Assembly (NCBI GenBank): GCA_963726195.1
Contig: CAVSBO010000010.1
Span: forward strand, 56,139-120,138
Source: Candidatus Thorarchaeota archaeon
Lineage (GTDB): Archaea > Asgardarchaeota > Thorarchaeia > Thorarchaeales > Thorarchaeaceae
Direction: 5' to 3'
Length of the DNA: 64,000 nucleotides
Part shown: positions 30,270-39,644 of the stretch, piece by piece
How positions within the stretch are numbered: position 1 is the stretch's first letter
Layout: each line of letters starts with the position of its first letter
Notes under the pieces: model-generated
Told to the model about the DNA's origin: nothing
The model's input: only the letters and a program-made list of their open reading frames with translations
The model's database searches: none
Translations under genes and position numbers: made by a program

Positions 30270-31191
30270 CTAAGTACCCCACATACTGTCAACGTAAGCG
30301 CCCAAGCCCGAAATTGCACCACTCTTTATGCAATCTGAAAAGTCTTCATGCCACTCGGCACTGATGAATAGCGCTAGGTCAGGTATCTCTCCCGTCTCCC
30401 AACCAATCGCCTCATAGAGATTCCTCTCAGTCAGTGTTGTGAGCGCCCCAAGATCCCTAGCCAATCGTATCCTTGAGAGAATCATGACTGCCCGGCGTGC
30501 GGCATGAACGTAGCTGTTAATCTCCTCCTCGAACACATCTCGAGTCAGCTTCACTGCTTCGTCGTCCAGTTTGAGAACTTCCTCTATAATCTGCTCAGAG
30601 ACCCTGAGATCTCGCAACGATTTGCCCAGAAGACGTCTAATGCGCTCCAAGGATTGGCTCTTTCGGGTGAGTATCTTGGCAACGATTCGCTTCTCGACTT
30701 CCAGACTTAGTGTGTTGGGCTTGGCAAGCGAGAATGCCATGGAGGAAGGCGATGTGACTCTGAGTATACCGCAGTTGCCTGATGCGTGTTGGACTTTGGT
30801 TATCATTGCCGAGAGTGTATCCTCATTGACGTGAAGCCCCGGTATGCCTGTCCCCATCGGCACAGCTACTATCCATCCTGTGAAGCGTGTGACTCGGTCC
30901 GAAAGGAGCCCGAAACTCAGCTGACAGGGAGCAAGCGACTGTCCGTACAACCTCATAATCATGCTTTTCCTCATCCAAGACAGACTGGATCTCGCTCTCC
31001 GAGGTGAAGTCGCGCCAGAAAATCATCTTGTGGCGATGCGGGCATAGCAATGTGAGACTGTCAGCAAGCTCGTCCACAACCTCAACGTCCACCCCTGCCA
31101 CAAGAATGGGAGTTCTGCTCAGCACGGAGTTAAGAAGCAGCGGAAAACCGTTGCCCATTAGTTCGATTATCTGCATGACTGGATAGGTCAT
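30270..31191 (-). CDS. Hypothetical protein, possibly DENN-like; frameshift near 30910
   Basis: Two ORF halves join into ~306 aa. The N-terminal LLLNSVLSRTPILVAG...VDELADSLTLLCPHR resembles the cDENN helix-strand-helix. ATGA overlap with the roadblock gene. Confidence 0.55.
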
Positions 31192-32132
31192 GTTTCCCGC
31201 CTCGCAACAACAAAACTCTCTGAGCGATCCGATAGCAGCAATTCCTTTAGATCCTCTGGAATTGAGGGTCTCGTGACTGGAGCTGACTCCAACACTCTGC
31301 GAGTTTCCTCAATGTAGTGTTTCAGCAGCAACCTGATGAGCCCAAGTTTCTGGCTATCGCGATCCACCCACAGGCTGAATACACCATTGGGAATAGAATA
31401 GATGAAGTGACGAATGCGACCGGTCTCACAAAGCACATTTTCCAAAGTGCTATTCCGGAGAGTTTTAACAACCCTCTCAGAAGCATCGTATAGGGCAAAG
31501 GACATTGCGGCTAGCCTGTCGTTTGTAAAACCATCGAGCGAAACTCGAACACCGCCGCTTAGAGCCAGAAAGACGGATTCGACATCGCTAACGCTGTCAT
31601 AAACCTGCCTTAGGATTGTTCTCAGGGTAAGAGCTTGAGATTGATCCAGCGATATTATGGTCCGAGTTGTTGCATAGGAAGCTTTGCCTTTCTCTGCAAC
31701 TGAAAAACCAGAGAGAACCCTTTCGGTTTCGTCGTCACTGTATGAGCGGAGCGGAGGCAGATGCCTGTCTGCACGCTGCCTCAGAAGGAATGACACACGG
31801 GACAGGTTGTCCTTCATTTCGATGAACAGCGCTGCAAGATTGACTCTTGGTGCTGTTGTGACTGCCAGAAAGTAATCAGGATCGTCAGGTAAAGATGCAA
31901 GGAATATCTTGGAAGTTTCTGATTCCATCAGGAGATACTTGAAGTCGCTGTGTATGAGTTTCGCTACACCAAATATGGCGCAAGTGGATGAAGCGACAGC
32001 GAAGACCTCTTCTTTGCTGAACCACACTCCTGCACTAGCCACTGGCAGTCCATCCTTTTGTATGAGAACGACGTTCTCGACTCCTGCAATCATCTTGATG
32101 TTGTGCAGTGTTTCATTAAGGTCTTCGTCCAA
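31188..32132 (-). CDS. Tandem roadblock/LC7 (MglB-like) domain protein
   Basis: Two repeats: GVENVVLIQKDGLPVAS...AVASS...VNLAALF and DVESVFLALSGG...LAAMS...KLGLIRL. Confidence 0.8.
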   Translation of the reverse strand: MDEDLNETLHNIKMIAGVENVVLIQKDGLPVASAGVWFSKEEVFAVASSTCAIFGVAKLIHSDFKYLLMESETSKIFLASLPDDPDYFLAVTTAPRVNLAALFIEMKDNLSRVSFLLRQRADRHLPPLRSYSDDETERVLSGFSVAEKGKASYATTRTIISLDQSQALTLRTILRQVYDSVSDVESVFLALSGGVRVSLDGFTNDRLAAMSFALYDASERVVKTLRNSTLENVLCETGRIRHFIYSIPNGVFSLWVDRDSQKLGLIRLLLKHYIEETRRVLESAPVTRPSIPEDLKELLLSDRSESFVVARRET

Positions 32133-32290
32133 CGACTCAGCTCCCAGCGTATTTCAGTTCAAGGTGGATTTCCGGCGTACACTATATAATCTCCACACAG
32201 CATTTAGCTAAAATGCCAGCGGAAATCCAGCTCTTGCAGGACAGACCGGATGTGCGCGAATCCAGAATTCGAGAAGACTCGCCGCGATTC

Positions 32291-33607
32291 TCACATGTGG
32301 ATTAGTGCCGCCTCGGGCACCTCTTGGAATATCTCGCGGGCCGCTCGACCTACTTCTACGCGATGCTGACTTGTCGTGTACACTCGAATGACATCAAGGT
32401 ATACTTTCATCATCTGTCCGATGTTGGAATACTCGGAGAGATTATGATACACCTTCTTGCCGTCGATCACCTCAAAGATGCCAATTTCCATCGGGCTTAG
32501 CTGTTGGGGATCATATGGAACTGAAGGCAGAGTCGGGACGTCAACTATCACATCGTCTTGAGGGACTCCTGCACTTGCTGCAATCTCCTCTTGGATGCTC
32601 TCCCTGACTTTTAGTTTGGCAAGAGTCTTGGAAACAAACCGATCTTGAGTATGCAGAACCTTTTCAAATGCGGATTTGTACAAGACGCGCGCATCCAGCA
32701 AATCAACCATCTTGAGTGCGTCCTTGGATTCGCTCGACTCGGATCCCTTTAGATTCCTTATCCCTGCAATCACCGAAAGGTCATCCAACTTCAGAAACTC
32801 ATCGGTATTCGAGAAACTGGTAAAACCTAAGGTAGAATCAGCGGCGTTCATCAGCCTTACTAACATGACTTCGACACTGCGGACAGTCTTATGGTAGTAG
32901 ACGTTAAGGAACATCTCATACCTTGCCACCAGAAATGACTCCAATGCTCCACGTGCTGCAATATCAAAATGCATGGAGGATTCGCTAGAAACCTGCAGGC
33001 TGTTAATCAAACGGTAGACATCTACGAGACCGTAATTGACGCCACAGTAGAATGAGTCCCGTACCAAGTAGTCCATTTTGTCTGCATCGACTTGCCCAGC
33101 TACAATTCCCGCAAGCACCGTGTCTGTTGCTTTGATACGACGACCGCGTACCAAGTTCGCCACACGGTCCTTGGATATTCCTCCGTCCTCAAGGATATCA
33201 CCAATTACGCTCTCGCGAATCACCCATTCAGTCACATCCTCATGGTTCAGACCTCTTCGCTCTAGCAGTATTTCTTCGAAGACATGGCTGAAAGGGCCGT
33301 GGCCAATATCATGAAGCAGTGCTGCAATCCGCACTTCCTGAAGCGAATCCTCAAGACCCAGCTGAGGAAGCAATCGCTCGCCCATTAGGCCTGCCAAGAA
33401 CATCGTGCCCATACAATGGCCGAACCTGCTGTGCACGCCAGTGGGGTAGACATAGTGTCCTCCAGAAAGCTGTTTGATCCTTCTGAGTCTCTGGTAAGGT
33501 TCAGAGTCAACAATCTTGGCTTCGAGATCAGTGAGACCTATGAAACCGTGGATGGGATCATTAATCTCTGTCATGAATTCTAATTTGCTCAAGTCAATCA
33601 CACTCAT
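32291..33607 (-). CDS. HD-domain dNTP triphosphohydrolase-like (SAMHD1 family)
   Basis: DPIHG, QRLRRIKQL, HSRFGH, ALLHDIGHGPFSH, DADKMDYLVRD, VYYHKT. Confidence 0.93.
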   Translation of the reverse strand: MSVIDLSKLEFMTEINDPIHGFIGLTDLEAKIVDSEPYQRLRRIKQLSGGHYVYPTGVHSRFGHCMGTMFLAGLMGERLLPQLGLEDSLQEVRIAALLHDIGHGPFSHVFEEILLERRGLNHEDVTEWVIRESVIGDILEDGGISKDRVANLVRGRRIKATDTVLAGIVAGQVDADKMDYLVRDSFYCGVNYGLVDVYRLINSLQVSSESSMHFDIAARGALESFLVARYEMFLNVYYHKTVRSVEVMLVRLMNAADSTLGFTSFSNTDEFLKLDDLSVIAGIRNLKGSESSESKDALKMVDLLDARVLYKSAFEKVLHTQDRFVSKTLAKLKVRESIQEEIAASAGVPQDDVIVDVPTLPSVPYDPQQLSPMEIGIFEVIDGKKVYHNLSEYSNIGQMMKVYLDVIRVYTTSQHRVEVGRAAREIFQEVPEAALIHM

Positions 33608-34350
33608 TCTGCATGCGGATTGAATGATCTAAGATCACGAACCAAGTCCTCGGGGGACTTGTGTTGAGACAGACATAACGGCAGATGAATGCTCTCCGCA
33701 ATCATTACGGCGAGTGAATCCAAGTCCTTCACACCTTGGAGCACGACAACAGCTGGCTTGACAGCAGCAGAGGTGCCCATCTGGCTCGCCTTTATTGCGA
33801 CCATAGGTGAGCGCCCTGTCGATACGTTGGTGAGGATTGCTGCTCTCTGAGTTGTTCCTCCATAGAGACGTAGCAGCTGCTGTGGAGTCAACGAAACTAT
33901 CGCTTTCACGCTATCTAGGGCAGTGTAACCATATATGTCTCGGTCAAGCAAACTCGCATGTGTCAGTACCTCGCAGCCTAGATGATCTACCAACAGCCTC
34001 GCCGGAATTGGCATTCCAAACTCGCGACTATCCAATATGGCGTCCGATGCAATTTCCGGTGCCACGAGTTTCTCGAGCGCGACCGCTACCCGGCCTCCAT
34101 TTGTTGCGTCTATCTCGATGAGGCCTTCGACAAACCGTCGTATGGTCTCGACGCGCGGAGACTTTCTTCTGCCACTTTCATAATCACTTATGACGGACGG
34201 AGAGACCTCAAGATGCTTGGCAAGATACTTCTGGGAAATCTGAAAGCGTTCGCGCCATCTCTTCATGACTGCGCCCGGATCGCTCTCGGCAAGGCATATC
34301 TCACCTGCCATTGCCTCTGCGAGTCTTTGAAGGGCTTCAGTCTGATTCAT
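33604..34350 (-). CDS. XRE-type HTH transcriptional regulator (COG1709-like)
   Basis: AGEI...KRWRERFQISQ..LA..L.VSPSVISDYESGRRKSP...TNVSTGRSPMVAI. Confidence 0.88.
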   Translation of the reverse strand: MNQTEALQRLAEAMAGEICLAESDPGAVMKRWRERFQISQKYLAKHLEVSPSVISDYESGRRKSPRVETIRRFVEGLIEIDATNGGRVAVALEKLVAPEIASDAILDSREFGMPIPARLLVDHLGCEVLTHASLLDRDIYGYTALDSVKAIVSLTPQQLLRLYGGTTQRAAILTNVSTGRSPMVAIKASQMGTSAAVKPAVVVLQGVKDLDSLAVMIAESIHLPLCLSQHKSPEDLVRDLRSFNPHAE

Positions 34351-34581
34351 ATGAAAACTGCTCGTAGGTCGACAGATAAGAATTGCGCGAAAGCCGATTG
34401 AGTCATCGACGACTGACGAGTTGTACTGTCTAGGACCAAGCCGAACCGCGCTACATGAAAATGAACGCCCAGCATTCAAGCCGAGTGGTGAAAGCCCCAG
34501 ACTTGGTGCCTAGCAAAGCACCAAGAAGCATGTGCTCAAAGTAATAAGCGGCAACTAAAGTGGTCTATTGCGGTTGGGCTG

Positions 34582-35352
34582 ATGTTCTATTCATTCATCG
34601 TTGGAACAGCGGGCTCCGGCAAGTCTCTACTGGCAGCCTCTCTGGAAAAGTGGCTTACTGCATCGGACCTGAAAGTCGCGGTGGTCAATCTGGACCCTGG
34701 TGTCGAAGACCCGCCATATACATGCGATGTCGACATCCGTGAATATGTTGACTATGCCGAAGTCATGAAGGAATATAGCCTAGGGCCAAATGGTGCGCTT
34801 GTTGCGAGTCTGGATATGGCAGTAAGCTATGCCAACGAAATCAGAACTGAAATTGTTGATGCGGGAGCACAGTACGTATTGGTTGACTGCCCCGGCCAAA
34901 TGGAGCTCTTTGCATACCGCAACTCTGGACCACTGATGGTGACAACCCTCAAGGGAGAAGAACCTGCGCTCTCCATCTATCTTCTTGATTCTAATATTGC
35001 TCATACTCCTAACGGCTATCTTGCATCAATGTTGCTTGGTGTGTCGATTAGCATAAGATTCGGACTTCCGCAGCTCAATGTTCTCAGCAAACAAGACATA
35101 CTAAAAGAAGACCAAATCCAAGAGATAGTCGACTGGTCGACCGACTCGTATCTGTTGGAGGAAGCTCTCGATAGTTCCGAAAGCGGTATGCTGCGCGAAT
35201 ACTCAGGATCGGTACTGAGAATGCTGGAGGACTTCGGAGGAGGGACGAGTGTAATACCAGTATCAGCCAAACAGATGTCAGGATTGGAGGTACTCTATGG
35301 CGAGATGCAGAGAATCTTCGCGGGAGGAGAAGACTACGTTGCAGACTGGTAG
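34582..35352 (+). CDS. GPN-loop GTPase
   Basis: GTAGSGKS, NLDPG, LGPNGAL, DCPGQMELF. Confidence 0.93.
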   Translation: MFYSFIVGTAGSGKSLLAASLEKWLTASDLKVAVVNLDPGVEDPPYTCDVDIREYVDYAEVMKEYSLGPNGALVASLDMAVSYANEIRTEIVDAGAQYVLVDCPGQMELFAYRNSGPLMVTTLKGEEPALSIYLLDSNIAHTPNGYLASMLLGVSISIRFGLPQLNVLSKQDILKEDQIQEIVDWSTDSYLLEEALDSSESGMLREYSGSVLRMLEDFGGGTSVIPVSAKQMSGLEVLYGEMQRIFAGGEDYVADW

Positions 35353-35361
35353 GGATTCCTC

Positions 35362-36387
35362 TTGAAGGAATACTTCGCACTCGTTTCTGGAGAGAACATT
35401 GAGTTAGCACAAGCGGAAGTGACTGCCCTCATTCGTGCCTCCACAGTGGACCCAAACATCTCCTGGCTCGGGCGACTGGGCATGATGTTTTCGACTTCAG
35501 ACCCGGTTCCTTTTCTTTTGGGCAGGGCAGCTCTGCTCAAGGAGGCAGGCGAGATTCTGATGAAATCAAAAAGCCTCAGCAACCTAGTCCGCGGCAAATT
35601 CCTAGATGCGACCTGGAAGTCGATAGAGCCAAGCAGCAGTTTCTGCATCAGGGTCTGCAACCTTGCCCATGAAAAACAGAAGGAATATCCAGAAACTGCG
35701 GTCCGTCAGCTCGGAGAGAGAATCCGGGGTGTCACTGGAGCGCATGTTTCCATGAAAGCTGCCGACGTGAGGATCCTACTCATAATAGCGGCTGAAGGGG
35801 TCTTCGTGTGCAAGTCCGTTGAATCAGAAACTAGGCACTCACTGAGAGGCAGAGGACCGGACCGGATGCGTTTTTTTCATCCATCGATGATGAATGCATT
35901 CTTGGCAAGAGCCATGTGCAATCTTGCCGGCGTAATGCCAAGTGACATAGTCCTTGACCCATTTTGTGGTGGAGGAGGAATACTCCATGAGATCCTGTCA
36001 ATAGGAGCCAAGCCTGTCGGAATCGATCTTAACTGGCCGCTGTTGACCGGGGCAGGCAAGAACCTAGCAGACTCTCAAGGCAGCGATTTCTGTCTTGTCC
36101 AAGGAGATGCAAGATTCATGCCCGTACGTAGATGCAACTGCATTGTGACAGACCCTCCGTACGGCAGATCGAGTTCCACACGAGGAAGTCAATCCATCAA
36201 GCTGGTCAGATCCCTACTGGAGCAGGCAGGCAGCATTCTGCAACCGGGAGGGAGAATGTGCATATGTGCTAGTAGCGAGATGAATATCTCACAGCTGATT
36301 GCTGTCTTTGGCATGATCCCCGTTTTCCATGTTCGGGTACCTGTTCATAGTGGTCTAACTCGGGAGATCTTTGTCCTTGCATTCTAA
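35362..36387 (+). CDS. THUMP-domain tRNA m2G10 methyltransferase (Trm11-like)
   Basis: LVSGENIELAQAE, FFHPSMM...ARAMCNLA, LDPFCGGGG, TDPPYGRS, VHSGLTR. Confidence 0.88.
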   Translation: MKEYFALVSGENIELAQAEVTALIRASTVDPNISWLGRLGMMFSTSDPVPFLLGRAALLKEAGEILMKSKSLSNLVRGKFLDATWKSIEPSSSFCIRVCNLAHEKQKEYPETAVRQLGERIRGVTGAHVSMKAADVRILLIIAAEGVFVCKSVESETRHSLRGRGPDRMRFFHPSMMNAFLARAMCNLAGVMPSDIVLDPFCGGGGILHEILSIGAKPVGIDLNWPLLTGAGKNLADSQGSDFCLVQGDARFMPVRRCNCIVTDPPYGRSSSTRGSQSIKLVRSLLEQAGSILQPGGRMCICASSEMNISQLIAVFGMIPVFHVRVPVHSGLTREIFVLAF

Positions 36388-36457
36388 TACATACTTACAT
36401 CTGCAGCACGGAAAGCCTAGCAATGTCGCCAGCGTTGAACAGAGAATTCTGCCGAAC

Positions 36458-36889
36458 TCAATCTTGGCCTGGGATTATGTGACCGTTTTCAGTGCGAGGA
36501 GTAATCCATGTTATGAACCGGTTGAACTCAGTGCTGCTGTTGAATTGCATTGAGACTTCGATGTATCCAAGCGACGGGGTTTCTTCCGAATCGTCAATTA
36601 TCCGAACACGCCCAAGGAATGCAGCCTGCTTGTCAATGCATAGACGCGTTCCGGTTCCATCCCAGTTCGATTGGAGTCTTGTCCGTGCGGCATCAATTAT
36701 CCGGAGTTCTTGAATTCGCTGCCCGAGCCGTTCAAGGGATTTCGCTTCACTGAAAGTAGTTTCGAGTTCTAGGTATCCCTCATGCTGGACGATCTTGCAA
36801 TTGCCATCGCCCAGTACGCTCCTTATTGCCTGCTCAACTCTTCCTTGATCCTCTGTCGGATAGGCTCTTGCCCTTGCGACCCCCTGCAT
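36458..36889 (-). CDS. UPF0201-family putative RNA-binding protein
   Basis: YPTEDQGRV..A, IIDAAR, KQAAFLG, WITPRTENG. Confidence 0.82.
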   Translation of the reverse strand: MQGVARARAYPTEDQGRVEQAIRSVLGDGNCKIVQHEGYLELETTFSEAKSLERLGQRIQELRIIDAARTRLQSNWDGTGTRLCIDKQAAFLGRVRIIDDSEETPSLGYIEVSMQFNSSTEFNRFITWITPRTENGHIIPGQD

Positions 36890-37430
36890 CTCTCTGAAAC
36901 CTCGCGCAAATCGTTCTTGCGGCTTTACGCAAATCCTCGATAGAGCCTTCGTTAGTCAGCATAATGTTGCTCAATGCGATTATTCCACCAAGGCCAACGG
37001 AAATCTCGCGAAGATCGCGTTCCCTGAATGTGGACCATTCTGGAGGGGCGTCATCGCGAGCACGTTGCCGCAGCCGGGCGAATCTTGTTGACGGAGAAGA
37101 ATGAATGCAGAGCACGGTGACCGGCTCGGCGTATTGTTCGAACACTTCAAGTTCGGCAATGCTCCTGCATCCTTCAATGACGACTGTTTCTGAGGTCATG
37201 GCCCTCAGCTCATCCAAACAACGGCGGGCAACAGCCGCAGGCCCCTCACGTTCTCGCAAATCCAGCATTACTGCTCCCGTGTTGGCAGGATTAGGGTCAA
37301 GACCCCTTTTCTTGAGTTCTTCGCGAACGATATCACCCATGGCGATTACGGGAAAGCCTGCTTCTCTCAGCACTTGAGCAACTTCGCTCTTTCCGGCCCC
37401 CGGCATTCCTGTGATTATGATAAGCCTCAT
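36834..37430 (-). CDS. UPF0200 / dephospho-CoA kinase-like P-loop protein
   Basis: ITGMPGAGKS, MGDIVRE, EGCRS, RDLRE..GLG. Confidence 0.85.
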   Translation of the reverse strand: MRLIIITGMPGAGKSEVAQVLREAGFPVIAMGDIVREELKKRGLDPNPANTGAVMLDLREREGPAAVARRCLDELRAMTSETVVIEGCRSIAELEVFEQYAEPVTVLCIHSSPSTRFARLRQRARDDAPPEWSTFRERDLREISVGLGGIIALSNIMLTNEGSIEDLRKAARTICARFQRDAGGRKGKSLSDRGSRKS

Positions 37431-37681
37431 GGATTTGTACCAGCCTCGCCTAACCAGACCACGGTGCTCTCAGACCTCGTCGTCTTACAGTTCAACTCAT
37501 GGGATTCGAAATTATACTGCATGTCTTCGGCCGCGGCATTCGCTCAAACTTCTTGATGCCGTAGCAGAGCCGCTTGAATCATCGATTTGGCTCCTCCTTT
37601 AAACGTCTTCGTTGCAGTCTCTGCTCCGCTAGAATAATAACGACGACGTACATTTGTCTTCAAGACGCCGAGGTGTGGCAA

Positions 37682-38254
37682 TTGTCGGAGAAATTCAGAG
37701 TCTTCCTGAGTGTTCACATAGTAGATGAGCCACTGCTTTCTCGAATCTCAAACATACAACGCAGACTGGACCAAGAAGCAGCGAAACTCAAGCTTGTAGA
37801 GAAGGACAGCATCCACTTCACACTTCGTTTCTTCGGCGATACTTCCCTTTCCAGAATCGAAGATATGCGAAGGGTATTAGAGACCATGAGCTTTGACCCG
37901 TTCTCGATTTCAATCACAGGCGTAGGGGCCTTCCCGAGCTCTCGTCGTCCTAATGTAATATGGGTGGGAGTCAACCAGAATGCAGAACGGATGACCGAAC
38001 TAAAGAATAGAATTGATTCCCTTCTTGTGAACCTAGGTTACCCTCCTGAGAAGAACTTCAAGGCCCATGCTACGATAGCGCGCGTACGATTCTTGCAGAA
38101 TCGAGAGAGGATGCTCGCCAATCTCGAGTCACTCGCAAAAGAATCAGTTGGCACAATGACTGTGTCAGCCTTTCAAATGACCAAGAGCACGTTGAAGCCT
38201 TCGGGGCCTGTCTATGAGGCTCTCTGGGAGGTGTCAACTGGGAAATCGAAGTAG
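37682..38254 (+). CDS. thpR: RNA 2',3'-cyclic phosphodiesterase (2H family)
   Basis: HFTLRFFG and AHATIARV 2H motifs, GAFP...PNVIWVG, S.L.PSGPVY. TTG start after GAGGTG. Confidence 0.9.
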   Translation: MSEKFRVFLSVHIVDEPLLSRISNIQRRLDQEAAKLKLVEKDSIHFTLRFFGDTSLSRIEDMRRVLETMSFDPFSISITGVGAFPSSRRPNVIWVGVNQNAERMTELKNRIDSLLVNLGYPPEKNFKAHATIARVRFLQNRERMLANLESLAKESVGTMTVSAFQMTKSTLKPSGPVYEALWEVSTGKSK

Positions 38255-38292
38255 AATGATATCGCAACCTAGGTGCATTAAATGGAGGTTCA

Positions 38293-38400
38293 TGGTGGGC
38301 CGGGCCGGATTTGAACCGGCGACCTCTTGCAGTTTGGGGCTCGGTTGATGAGACCGAGACCACCCCAAGCAAGAATCATACCAAGCTAGACTACCGACCC
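38293..38400 (-). tRNA. tRNA-Pro(GGG) with a 31-nt intron at 37/38 (38332-38362), CCA encoded
   Basis: GGGTCGG acceptor, CTTGC/GCAAG anticodon stem, clean BHB with central helix TTGG/CCAA, GGTTCAAATCC. Confidence 0.93.
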
Positions 38401-38588
38401 GTGATTCTGGAGCGGCTGTGTCCAACGTGAAGATAAAGGTTACCTCCAGATATTGCTTTGTTTCCGTTTCGCTCAGGTGCATTTGATTTCCACCACATCA
38501 GTTAAGTCGTGTCGCGGAGAACAAGCATTCACCTGCACACTGCCTTTCGCTGGCAGGCGAGAATGATGTCTGCTGGAGGCGACCGGTA

Positions 38589-39644
38589 TTGACGACTGAG
38601 ATACTGTATCATGACGTATTCATGAAACATGAGATATCGCCGGGGCACCCTGAAAGCCCACAGCGTCTGAAAGTCGCTCTTGATCGTATAAGAACAGCAG
38701 GACTCCTACAGACCGGTAATGTCAAGCTTGTTACACCGAAACCACCAGACCTGAGTGAAGTCTACGCATTACATGACAAAGACTACATTGAAGACATCCA
38801 TGTCAAGTGCGAGCGCGGAGGAGGAGTCTTCACCCTAGATACTGCCGCGAATTCATTCACCTATGATGCCATGCTGCTGGCATCCGGTGGTGGAATCATG
38901 GCCGTTGACCATATTCTGGACAAGACCAGCGAGAATGCCTTTGTTCTGTGTAGACCTCCCGGACACCATGCCGAACACGATAGAGCATTCGGATTCTGTT
39001 TTATCAACAACATCGCTATTGCTGCACAGCATCTCGTAAAGAGAAAGCATCTTGATAGAGTGATGATAGTCGACTATGATGGTCACCATGGAAATGGAAC
39101 ACAGCATGCCTTCTATGATACCAACAAAGTGCTTTACATCTCTATGCATCAAGATGGTCGTACTTTATTTCCCGGTTCAGGCTTTCCAGATGAAATCGGA
39201 AATGGAGAGGGTAGAGGATACACGGTGAATCTATCAATGTATCCGGGTGCCGGAGACCGCTCTTACGAAATCGCCTTCACTCACATGGTCGAGCCGCTGG
39301 CGGAGGCCTACGAACCCCAGTTCGTGCTAGTCTCTCTAGGTTTTGATTGCCACTTTGAGGATCCTCTGACGAGCCTCGGTCTCACTACTTCGGGTATCTC
39401 GATGATGAATGCGCGCGTTCATGGAATAGCAAAGAAACACGCCCATGGCAGACTTGCCTTCTTCCTTGAGGGCGGGTATAACCTGAATATCGTGGGCAGC
39501 GGCTGTCAGAATCTGATTGAGGAGCTGTCAGGGCATCCTATAACGAAATTCGGAGACAGCCACCAAGAGAGCGATATCTGCGTACGCTATACCGAGGAAT
39601 TGGTGAAAGTCCTCGAACATAATCTCAAGGGAACCCTGTTCTAG
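38589..39644 (+). CDS. Histone deacetylase family protein
   Basis: HPESPQRL, RPPGHHA, GFCFINN, DYDGHHGNGTQ, GFDCH..DPL, LEGGY. Confidence 0.95.
   Translation: MTTEILYHDVFMKHEISPGHPESPQRLKVALDRIRTAGLLQTGNVKLVTPKPPDLSEVYALHDKDYIEDIHVKCERGGGVFTLDTAANSFTYDAMLLASGGGIMAVDHILDKTSENAFVLCRPPGHHAEHDRAFGFCFINNIAIAAQHLVKRKHLDRVMIVDYDGHHGNGTQHAFYDTNKVLYISMHQDGRTLFPGSGFPDEIGNGEGRGYTVNLSMYPGAGDRSYEIAFTHMVEPLAEAYEPQFVLVSLGFDCHFEDPLTSLGLTTSGISMMNARVHGIAKKHAHGRLAFFLEGGYNLNIVGSGCQNLIEELSGHPITKFGDSHQESDICVRYTEELVKVLEHNLKGTLF

Noticed and set aside
34413-34460. CTGACGA...GAAA resembling a hammerhead ribozyme core
   Set aside because: Stem II cannot form with the required closing pair, and stems I and III were not found.
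37465-37600. Possible small RNA (TATA, ATGAT..., CTGA) upstream of the UPF0200 gene on the minus strand
   Set aside because: The boxes are degenerate and too far apart. It is equally explained as a plain leader.
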